The notes under the pieces were generated by a model that saw nothing but the letters and a program-made list of their open reading frames with translations, was not told the origin of the DNA and did not search any database. The translations under genes and the position numbers were made by a program. Positions 1 to 10,189 of a stretch of DNA of 64,000 nucleotides are shown here, one piece after another (the first letter of the stretch is position 1; each line of letters starts with the position of its first letter). The stretch lies in the NCBI GenBank assembly GCA_026026165.1, contig JAPEUD010000025.1:186001-250000 (forward strand). Reading direction: 5' to 3'. Source of the DNA: Sarea resinae (taxonomy: Eukaryota).

Positions 1-1
1 A

Positions 2-667
2 CTGCTTCTTCTTCTGCTTTCCGTCCTCCAAGTCCAGCTCACCACGGCTCAAAATGTCGGCTCCTTCTACAACGCCATCTACATCTTACCTGGCGCCAGT
101 CCCCCCGAAGGATACAACGGCTGCTCAGGCATGGGCTACGATTCCTACTGCTGCTCAAGCGGTACCTGCGCCCTCGATGAGAGCTCCCAGATCGCCTGCT
201 GCGCCAACGGCATGATCTGCTCCGGCTCCGTCCAGTGGATAACAACATCGACTTACAATAACGGTCAGTGGACGCCTACTGCCACTACTGCTGCAACTGC
301 GGCGGCGGCTGCAGCAGGATGCGCCAATGCATGTGGTTTCTACAAGCAGTTGTGCTGTTCCGCCGATCAGTATTGCTATACCGATCGAAACAAGGAGGCG
401 CAGTGTGGCGTTGGTGCCCAGACAGTGTATACGACGAGTACGATGGTAGCGGGAGTGCCACAATTGGTCACGGTGACAGAGGTCCAGACCGCGACCGTTC
501 AGCAGGCGAGTGTCGTTACGCAAACAACGGCGCCGGCTGAGACAAATGAGGTTATTAGTGCGGGCGACGGACAGAGAGGTACTGGGCTCTTGGATGGATC
601 TGTGCAGTCACTTCAAGTGGCTTGTACGCTTCTCTGCCTGTGGTCTACTCTGCTTCGCACAAGGTAA
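2..667 (+). CDS. Cys-rich secreted, probably GPI-anchored cell-surface protein (5' end outside window)
   Basis: The frame of ORF 131..667 is open from base 2 (LLLLLLSVLQVQLTTAQNVG, signal-peptide-like). It has two Cys clusters (C..CC..C..CC..C), a Thr/Ala-rich linker and a hydrophobic C-terminus. A possible donor AG|GTAAGA at about 664 makes the 3' end uncertain. Confidence 0.7.
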   Translation: MLLLLLSVLQVQLTTAQNVGSFYNAIYILPGASPPEGYNGCSGMGYDSYCCSSGTCALDESSQIACCANGMICSGSVQWITTSTYNNGQWTPTATTAATAAAAAAGCANACGFYKQLCCSADQYCYTDRNKEAQCGVGAQTVYTTSTMVAGVPQLVTVTEVQTATVQQASVVTQTTAPAETNEVISAGDGQRGTGLLDGSVQSLQVACTLLCLWSTLLRTR

Positions 668-974
668 GAAATATATATACAAGGGAAAAGGTGAGTGAAT
701 GGGCGAATTGGTTTCCTGTCGACAAAGCGCGGCTGGGCAGGCCTTCTAGGGCTCGATGCGTACATGAAATGAATGACGAATTGATGACTGATGTTTGATG
801 ATGTGGCTCCTGCTGCTTGCCTACATACATACAGCATATATACATATAGCATATTTGGAAACAGAGTATTGGTTCATCTGTATACAGGTTATTTGAAATC
901 ACATAAACGTTAATTGCATCTCAAAAGCTCAATATCCTCTCCTGACAAAATTCGATGCGAGAATAGACACCACT

Positions 975-2656
975 TCAGCTGTCGGAAAGACTTGTCAGCA
1001 TCAACGTCTCGAATCGTGTATAGAGTTGCATCTGGTGCTTTCTCCGACGATGTGGTTTCAACACCCTACGAGCGTAATTCGACCCCACGCTTATCGTTGA
1101 TCCATTCCCGGGTTCCTCCTGGCATCTTTTGACAGCCTTTCTCATGGACGGCGAGAGACTATAAGCTGGATCGAAGACTAAAAGGTCGGAGGAGCCGTCG
1201 GATCGGATTTCAATGCCGACAATGGTGAGAGAATGATGCGGCCGCTGGAGGTAGATTGGCGGAAGACTCGTTTGGTGGACTTTTGATGAAGAGAGAGTGG
1301 CGGAGGATGTAGGTTGTGAATCTTTGGCATCCAGGCGGAAATACTGTTGTACGCTCGCGAGCAGAGCTTCCCAGGCACAAAACCCACCGGGCGTGTCACC
1401 ATAAGCGCCCACCTTGCAAGGTATTCCGAGGCCGCGAAACAGTGCTTGCGCCTGTACAGTAGAGAGACGATAGATGTCAAAGGCAATGAAATGAAGGGAG
1501 GGGCCCGAACAGCGGAATTTATTGTACATACCTCTGGAGTGCCAATGTACTTCCTTGTGCCTAGGATGCCTCCCGTCTCGGTCTTGCCTTCAACGTTGAT
1601 ATCCTTCGCCCAAGCGTCTTCAATCAAATCTTGCAGTCTCAATATGGAGGGATTGCCGTCGTTGAATTTGTCGTGTCCTTGGGTCTGGGCACCAAGGATG
1701 TAAGAAACCAGCATTTGGATATTGTGGTATCCGCAGAAATTGCCCTCTCTTCTAGTCTTCTTCGCAATGTGCTGCACTGCTGGATGGCAAAGGTAAACGG
1801 CCTTGACTGTGTTGTCATAGATGCACAAATTGCCAATTGCCCTTACGATACGGTCACACGCATTGGCGGCCTGCAAGGTCTGGATCGAGTTCCCCTTGGT
1901 GTCTAATTGATAGCTTGAGGGGTTCTCTGCGCGGCTTGCAAGCTGCTTGAGTAGCCGTGGGGGTATCGATGCTTCATATGCGAATGGTCCGAGTTCCTTC
2001 CGCTATCATTCATATATCAGCTGCGTGGTCTTCCTAGCTTGGGGGGGAAGCATGATAACACGGCCAATGCTTGGAGCGAGAGAAGGTTGGCAGAGGACTG
2101 GGCAAAGTAGGAAAAAATTATCTTGCTAGACCCAAGTTGGGTTTGATCGCAATTTGAGAAGCTTCAAGGAGAAGCCAGACACGGGAGTCTTCTGTCACGT
2201 TCAAATTGGAAGAGTGAAAAGAAACGAAGCAGTTACCCCGAGACGGCCATCTGTCTTTGTATCCTTTACTTGCAATGGTCTCTGCTGACCAAAGACACGC
2301 ATGAGACGTTGGCGAAGTCCCCAGTGACAGCTTAAAGTTTCTACATCCTCAGAGCCGGAATGAGGGGTGTCGCAATTCTCAGCCATGGCACCGATATTTG
2401 AGACTTGTCGTTCAATTCCATGACATTTCTTGCCCTTGTCAACCCCCTCGTCCTCATACAGATCGGGATATGTGCGACTCTTGCGACTCTTCTCGAGGAG
2501 TCCATGGGTATATCGATGGGAAAGATCTGGGATAGAGACGGGTTCTTGCTTACTCAATTGTCCCTCTTGTTCTTCATTCCTACCAAATGCAGATACCGCA
2601 TCTTTAGGAATAGATGGATGTCCAGGAACATCGCGTATGGGATGCACCAAGCGCAT
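975..2656 (-). CDS. Peptidase C78 family (ZUP1/ZUFSP/Mug105-type) deubiquitinase
   Basis: Motifs GNFCGYHNIQML (Cys), GGILGTRKYIGTPE, PPIYLQRPHHSLTIVGIE (Gln/His) and LLVFDP (Asp). Introns 2003-2236 (joins DGRLG-RKELGP) and 1452-1531 (joins GTPE-AQALF) are GT-AG and preserve frame. Start codon uncertain. Confidence 0.85.
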
Positions 2657-3605
2657 GAGAAATTTGGTATCTTTTTAGTAGATTAAACGATGAATCGACA
2701 TAGTCACAAATTCAGTACCGTTTAATCGGAGGTCGATTTTACTGTAGCCGTTCGGGGACTAGTTCCAATCTAAATAACAACAGCAATAGGGTTGATTGAT
2801 CTCCGCACACGCGTACTGTTCAAGAGGTGACGGAGATTATGATTTGGCAGCTGGAAGTTTATTAATATTGTCTTTGGTCCTGGATGGATTTTACTACTGT
2901 TACTATCTGAGGTGACTTGCTCTTTCGTGTACTCCGTAGTAGTGGCTGTGTGTGTACGTACCGTAGTTGCTGTGTAGGTAGTGATCAGAGGAAGTGCAAG
3001 TAAACAAATAGTTTCTGACGTGGTGGGGATTGCTGCGGTAATAGGAGGTGAGGAAAGAGGTGCGAAAGCCTGATTTTTAGCGGTGAGCAGTACAGCTTCG
3101 CGGGGAGATATTGATTGGCCTATGGTTGTGCCGAGACTTTAGCAAAGCTTGGGCGAAGCTTGGTAAAGCTTGATTTTGCAAGGACCAGATGGGCAAAACA
3201 AGTTCCTAAGGTACGTAAGCCCTACTTGCTACTGCGGGTATGCAGTGTCTCTTTCATAACGTTCACTGTACGAAGTACAGTATCTAATATCCTATCCACT
3301 GTTCTTTGTTCATGTTTCAGAGAGGCTGCATTATGATCCCGGCCAACTACGTCAATCTACGTGGACCTCAACCTGTCAGTGTTGCATTGGATTCAAGTCA
3401 ATTATGGAGCTTGATTACCGTGCACCCGTGATACCTGTCCTCTATATAGAATGTGCCATGTTCTCCTTTTGCCGCTTCACAATTTGACGACTCTCTCCAC
3501 TATATGAGCCTCGATTATTTACGTTGTCATCTTACATTTGTGATCAAGTAAACAATCAAATCCGATCTTTCTCCAGCAGAGCCCCAGCATATCGCTACAT
3601 ACATC

Positions 3606-4034
3606 ATGGCTGTCACCACTGAATCCAACACGCAGCGCCCAGCGCAAATACAAGAGCCAATGGCCACACACTTCTCAGAGCCCTCGACACAACCAGTCGT
3701 ATCTGAACAGCCTGTAGGTGACCCTTCGCGTGCTCTTTTCGAAAGGTGAACGGCTGACTTACTGCTCATCGGGTCTATGCAGTCGCCCTCCCTACAAAAC
3801 ATGAGCTTCGAACGTCAACAGCCAGAGACGACCCAAGCCAAGGCGGAACCCAAAGTCTCGATGCGAGGCGGGGGCGTCATTGGCGATTGGTGCGTTGTGA
3901 TCACTTCTCCGATTATCAATAAGGCGGTCTCCTAAAGCAGTCTCCTCAGACCGACTGACACGTGCCTTGTATCTAGTTTTGACGCCATCGTCTGCTTTGA
4001 ATGCTGCAAGGGATGCTGTGACTGTTGCTGCTAG
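3606..4034 (+). CDS. 90-aa Pro/Gln-rich protein with MRGGG motif and Cys-rich C-terminus (CYSTM-like)
   Basis: Exons 3606-3713, 3783-3889, 3977-4034. Introns GTAGGT..GCTGAC..CAG and GTGCGT..ACTGAC..TAG. Product MAVTTESNTQRPAQ...EPKVSMRGGGVIGDCFDAIVCFECCKGCCDCCC*. Not in the supplied ORF track. Confidence 0.8.
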
Positions 4035-4171
4035 AGTCAACACATCGTTCGTGGCAGCTATACATATCAATGCTAGACTTGAACTAAGACTTTGCTACGT
4101 GCTTCTATAGTTTAACAGACTACCTAGGTAGTAAAGGATTTCTAGTACTGCTATACTTAATAGAGAGAGTA

Positions 4172-4527
4172 CTTAGTTGCCCTAGACTATTTCTGGCACC
4201 CGTGTTGCGACCGTGTTGCGACTGTCTCAACACCTTCTAATAGGTGCAGAACATTGTTGTAGTTCTAGAGATTGTACTAGTAGAAAACCTGTATTAATAC
4301 TACTTGTGCTGTTTAGAGGCTTTTACCACCGCTCTGCTAGCACTCTATATATAGTAGTGATTAATCTCTGAATTTTAGGACTTAATAGCCTTAATACTTA
4401 TTTAGAATTATACATATTAAGTATATCTAGGCTGAAAATCTAGAATAAAGACATTAATATTCTTCTTTATTCTCTAGCTAAAGAAAGAGTAAGTTTATCA
4501 GCTAATATATATTTATATATAAGATTT
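4172..4527. mobile_element. Left arm of non-autonomous TIR element 1 (TA TSD, Tc1/mariner-pogo-like MITE, about 590 bp before Copia insertion)
   Basis: 4172-4270 (cttagttgccctagactatttctggcacccgtgttgcgaccgtg...) is the inverted copy of about 22355-22457. TA at 4170-4171. Confidence 0.8.
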
Positions 4528-5013
4528 TAGTAGAATTATAACCTTAATTCTAGTCACTCTTAAGTATCTAGACTGTTATAGAATGTTATATAACAGTATA
4601 GATATATCTAGAAGCTTCTATAAACCTATAGAAGCTAATAGAATATAGTAGAACCTTATAGAATCTTATAGAACATTCTAGAAGATTCTATAGCTATGCT
4701 GACTAAGCATCTAGAACCTTCTAGAACCCTTTAGAATGTTCTAGAACTATCTAGTAGTCTATAGAATCTCTTAGATATCTATAGAATTTCTATAACATAA
4801 GAATTATATAACTATCTCTTAACTTTCTTACAAAGCATATGTTATTATTAGCTTATTGCTTACAAATCACTTATGTAGTAAGTTAGTTAAGTCTATATAT
4901 TAATTGCCTTACACCTCTATAGCTAGAATCTTAAAGTTTATAATATACAATTATTCTATACTATACTTCTTTAGCACCTTCCTCTACTTATATCTTTGTG
5001 CTACATTCTAACA
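4528..5013 (+). repeat. Copia 5' LTR (486 bp)
   Basis: Direct repeat of 21709-22222; ends ...ttctaACA followed by the PBS-like motif. Confidence 0.93.
4571..4790. promoter_or_regulatory. Heat-shock-element-like arrays (GAAnnTTCnn decamers) in the 5' LTR; duplicated at about 21752-21975
   Basis: Twelve consecutive decamers at 4571-4690, including perfect GAAcaTTCtaGAAgaTTC (4671-4688). Second phased run from 4714 (GAAccTTCtaGAA, GAAtgTTCtaGAA). Confidence 0.7.
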
Positions 5014-5470
5014 GGTTATAAGCCTTGCTAGCCTGCTAAAGAAGCCTATCCTCCTATAATTTCGTGGCTTTTTCACTTATAGCCACTAAAATTCCTTTGA
5101 AAAGGGGTTGAACTTTCTCTTTCACCTAAAAAGACTAGGTCCTATAGTCTTTATAGTCCCTAGGCAGTTATATAGTCTCCTAGAGGCTATATAACTTAAC
5201 TTACAGATAAGAACCACTTAGAGTAGACTGCTTAAACTAAGCCTATACTTATAGACATTAGGTATACACACACTTAATAAGGATTTTACTAATCCTTTGT
5301 GCTACCTTTAGGCATAATCCCCTTTAAAGAGAAACACCTATAGGAGAGCAAGTTAAGTGCTTAATATATGCTGCCTTTACCTAGTCCTATAGTACCTATA
5401 GCTTGTGTCTATAGAACTATAGTATAGCAGCCTGTGTTCTGCATACCTTAGCAGCTTGTGTTCTGCAAAG

Positions 5471-5640
5471 CAGCCTTTGTGCTGCAATTTTACACACCTA
5501 TAGAACTGTAACAGTTTAAAAGTCACAAAACAGCCTTTGTGCTAATCTTTTATGCACCTATAGAACTTGTAACAGTAGTGCAAAAGCATAAGACACTCTT
5601 TATGCAGCTATTTCATACATCTATAGAACTTCTATAGGTG
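5471..5640 (+). repeat. About 60-bp tandem repeat (about 3 copies) in Copia 5' leader
   Basis: cagcctttgtgct...cacctatagaac(t)tgtaacagt at 5471 and 5531, with a degenerate third copy at 5591. Confidence 0.75.
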
Positions 5641-6909
5641 TACAAAAGTCATACTAGTGTGATTCTACTACTTGCAGTAGAATACACTTAATAGCTAGTA
5701 GTTCTTTTCTCTGAAATTAAGTAGGAGATTAGTAATCACAGCTATGTCTAATCCTGCATATGAAATCCCTAAGCTGCAAGGCAGCTCTAATTAGGATTTG
5801 TAGTCTATAAGGATAGAATCCCTGCTTATAGAGAAGGGCTATTTTAAAGTCATGTCTAAAGACCTTAAAATAGTATAGATATTGATTCTAACTATTATAA
5901 GGCAAAATCTGCAAAAGCGCTAGCCTATATTAGGCTTGCCCTAGCAGATAGCCTACTGTTACAGACTAGGTATTACACTAATCTATAAAAATTGTAGGCT
6001 AGTCTGTAAAATCTCTATAAATCTAAGGGATTTAATTCTAAATTCCTAATCTATAGAGAGTTGTTTAATACAGCTCTTTAAAAATACAAGGATCTAGAGG
6101 ACTATATTATAAAAATCAAGCAGCTAAATAATAAGCTAAGGGCTAGAGACTTAATTCTACCTGATAAATTCATAGCTATATAGACTCTAAACAACCTTAC
6201 TACCTAGTAAGTATAATAATATAGTTACTATTATCACACAAATAATAAACAAAAGCAAAGACAAGGATATAAATCTAGAGAAAATCTTTGTATAGCTAAT
6301 AGATAACTCTAAGAGGTTTAAAATCTCTAAGAGCACTAGTAATAGAGATAATAGTTATAACACTAGCAAGGATACAGAGGTAGCCCTTACCTCTAGAGGT
6401 AAAAAGCACTGTGATTATTATAGACTAATTAATTACAATGAGTCTACATGCTTTAAAAAGCATCCTAGCCTAAAAAGGAGCAAAAAGCCTAATGCTAAAA
6501 AGCATAGTGCTAACTCCTCTACAGCAAAGGAACTATAAGAGGAAAAGAGCTTTATAGCTACAAGCTCTAATTCCTATAGCTGTCCTAAATCAGTGTCAGA
6601 ATGCACTGTTACAAAGTTATAAAAGGGCACTATTACACCTAAAGCTTCCTATAGCTGTATAAGATTTGAGTTAAAATGCACTGTTATAGATTAGATTCTT
6701 AACTTAGGTGCAACAACATATATCTGCTATAGAAAGGAACTTTTTAACAATCTTAGACCCTATAACACTACTGTAAAGTAGAGTAACACTAGTAGTTCTA
6801 CTATAGCAACAGGTATAGAGAATATTAAGCTAATATTTACCCTAACAAATCAGATAGTAAATATTAGAGATATCCTATATATCTCTAACTTTAGTGTAAA
6901 CCTGCTATC

Positions 6910-8271
6910 TAGGCTGACTGCTCTAACTAGGTAACCTAATCTAATAACTCTTTAGATAAGGCTTATAGATTAGATTGCTCTAATTTTACAATCTATAACT
7001 TAGTTCTAATTTAGTAAAGGAAATATTAATCTAACCTAACCTAATCTAACAACCTGTCACGTGACCTAGGTACTAGTAGTATGTATAGCAGGTAATAGTT
7101 TTTAGTAACGCTTTTAATATTTAATTAGGTAGAACAGTAGAATTATATTAATTAGCAGAATAGTAGAGTAATAATATATTATAAGATAAAACATACTATA
7201 TTATAGTGATAGAAAAGATTTTATCTAATAACAATTAAACTTTAAGCTGCACTTAACCTTATAGTAGAGTATTATAGTGTCTCTATAACTAAAGATCTAA
7301 GCTTATCCTTTAAAAAACTAATATTATATAGAGAATAAGAGGAATATATTATATATTTATACTTTTTACTATATACTTTCTGTATTTATAATAATATAAA
7401 TAGCTGCTCTCTTTTACTACTATCTTCTTTTTTACTAATATAGTAGCTTTTAGCAACCTCTTTCTCTTCTACTATTATATATAATTCTTAACTCTCTACT
7501 TTAGTTAAAGGTTTAAATACACACTTATTACTCTAATAAATTATTATAAGGCTTTAAATTGTGTTAGAATTAAGCTAACTTTATTAATAATAAACAATAT
7601 TATATACAATATTAAAGTATCTTTTTACTCTAACTATAGAGATAAGAGCTACTAAGATATTATATACTATATACTCTATAGCTAGAAGCTTTAGTATTAT
7701 ATACTACTAGTACTTTAAAAATATTAGTATCTAAATAATACTATTACTAGTTGCTATTACTTACTTTTAAAGAGGTTTATAGACTTCTAAAGCAGTTAAA
7801 AAACTTAGGTATTTTATAGCTTTATTAACTCTTCTACTCTATTAAGTAGACTTTTACTAAGTTATAAGAGTAAAAGAGTTAAGAGTTAGATATATTAGTG
7901 TCTCTACTATAGATATAGTAAGTGCTTATAGTTCTTATTAGTAGTAGTAAGATTAGTAGTAATATTAGAAGAATTATTGCTAATATTTTTAAATATAAGA
8001 TATTCTTTAGTTTAGACTCTATTATTAATAGTTAGTAGACTTTTAGTATTATTACTAAAGAGTATTACTTTATGTTTTTATTTTAGATCTAAGATATATA
8101 TAAGGCTATATAGTTGCTTACTACTATTTATAGTTGCTTTATAATACTTATTTAACTAAGAGATACTAGTATTAATTATATTAGAAAAGACTTTACTTCT
8201 AAGAGATATTTTTCTTTAAAAGCTCTACCTTTTAATTCTCTAGATAATTAAAAAGCAAACTATATATATAC
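6910..8271 (-). mobile_element. hAT DNA transposon remnant A (3' part)
   Basis: Minus strand about 7545-7715 reads Y**...VYNILVALISIVRVKRYFNIVYNIVYY**S*LNSNTI, which de-RIPs to the hAT dimerisation motif (WW...ARDILAAPVS.VGVER.FNIARDI.HYRRG.L.PDTI). Terminus TAGGCTG at 6910 with ctaatcta-type subterminal repeats. Confidence 0.8.
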
Positions 8272-9855
8272 TAGAGTAGTTGCTCTAACTAGATTTATTA
8301 ATCTAATAGTTTTATAAATAAGGCTTATAGACTAGATAAGGCTAGTCTAGTAACCTATTAACTAATAATATGTTAATAGAATAATAGTTAACCTAACCTA
8401 AGTAATCTATTATAATCTAATATATAACTAGAGGTCTATAGATACTAATTAAATAATATATAGTTATAGCACTTTAAGTAATAATAAAAGGTAATAATAA
8501 AAATAAAAGGAATATAAGATAATAGAAGTAATAGTAATAAGGTTACTTTTTTACTATATAGTAAATAGTGTATTCTAATAGAAATATAGATACAATCTTA
8601 ATAGTAGCTAGATTTAAATTATATAAGAGGCCTACTTAACTAGAATTAGTATCTTATTTACTTATATCTAGTGTAGTCTTCTAACTACTTAAGAACCTAA
8701 TTTATCTTCTAATTAGCTTAGGTTATATAAAGAGTTATAAGTCTTAAAGATAAGAGTACTATATTAGATACAATATAGTGTTCTTTGCCTTAATGTTTTT
8801 TAGGTAGGCTTAGGCTACTCTTACTTACTACTATCTTCTTTCTTACTAATATAGCAACTCTTAGCAACCTTACTATTATAATTTTTACTATTAAAGGTAT
8901 TCTTTATCTTATTAGCATTTATATCTTTTATTAGACTTTGTTATAAGAAGATATAGTGTTTATAGTAGCGAATTATTATTAGGCTCTAAATTGTATTAGA
9001 GTTTAGATTGCTTTAGTAATAGTAAATAATATTGCATGTAATATTAAAGCATTATTTAACTCTAACTATTAAGACTAGAGCTGCTAGAATATTTCTTACT
9101 ACTTGCTTAATAGTTAAGAGTTTAACTATAAAGTATTGCTAAGACTAATTATAAGTTAGTAAGTTTAAAGTGTTATAATATTTTATTACTTACTTTAAGT
9201 AGTGTTTAATAAGTAATAGAGGAGATAGATATAGAAAGGTATCTTATAGCCTTAGTAAGTTTTATATTCTATAATATAGACTCTTACTAATCTATAAAAG
9301 CAAGTGAATTAAGAGTTAGATAAAGAAGTGTTAGTATTAGAGTAATATATAGAGTGCTATTCTTAAATTTCTAGTAGTTAGCTCTATAATACTATAGAAA
9401 CTATTGCTAATACTTCTTTATATAAGTTGCGCTCTAGTCTAGACTCTAGAAGAGTAGAAGAGAGAAGTTAATAATATTACTATAAGTGTTATAAGATAGT
9501 GTTATTTTATATATATTAAGTTTTTGCTTTAGGTTTAGAATATAGGTAAGACTATATAGCTCTTTACTACTATCTACTATTACACTATAGTATTTACTTA
9601 GGTAAGATAGTAAAGCCTTAATTACTTTACTTAGGCTTTATTTCTATAGAATATCTTTCTTTAGAAGCTTAGCCTTTTAAGACTTAAGGTAATTAAAGAG
9701 TTTTCTATATACAAATTAGGTAAGATAAATTATAATTCTACTAGTTATAGAAAAGGCTTTAGTCTACACCTTAAATAGTTGTAGAATAGTAATTAGATAC
9801 TTTACTTACTTCTACTTATTGCTATTTAATTAAAGCTTTTTAATAATCTATTAAA
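8272..9855 (-). mobile_element. hAT DNA transposon remnant B (paralogue of A, interrupting it)
   Basis: Terminus at 8272 resembles 6910. Dimerisation motif at about 8970-9120. About 9510-9845 reads KKL*LNSNK*K*VKYLITILQLFKV*T...KLFNYL...KDIL*K...LSKYY...ILNLKQKL, matching the fungal hAT core pattern L..EEW.QVEYL..IL.PF...LFDHLE...PWK...YY. Confidence 0.8.
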
Positions 9856-10189
9856 GGCGCTATATAGCTTAGGTCGCTACTTATAGCTGCTGCACTACTG
9901 CAGTATAGAAAGCTATAGAATAGTATAGAACTAGAACAGAGTTATATAAGTAGAGTAATAGAGGCTGTTAGGCACTAAAGCGACTTCTATATAGGAGGCC
10001 TTAAATGCTAGAGGTTAAGACCTTAGCATTTAACTCTAAGAGGATAGTAGTTATTAAAGCATAGAATCTATATATAATTGTTACCTACTAAGCTATAGGT
10101 ATTCTACTCTTCTCTACTTAGCTAGCTACTAGCTGTACTATAGGTGGCTATCTATTAGCGCTGTTTAAGCAGCCTACTTAATAGACTTA

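Noticed and set aside
3527..4070. Minus-strand ORFs 3527..3802 and 3792..4070
   Set aside because: Antisense shadows of the spliced plus-strand CYSTM-like gene.
4523..4527. 5-bp TSD for the Copia (gattt versus aatat at 22223-22227)
   Set aside because: Only 3 of 5 match and one difference is a transversion; not claimed as a confirmed TSD.
5471..5640. Repeat-spacer appearance resembling CRISPR (also 20210-20335)
   Set aside because: Whole units are degenerate tandem copies inside eukaryotic TEs; no unique spacers and no cas genes.
7030..7050. ctaacctaacctaa telomere-like repeat
   Set aside because: Very short, and better explained as RIP-converted hAT subterminal repeats.
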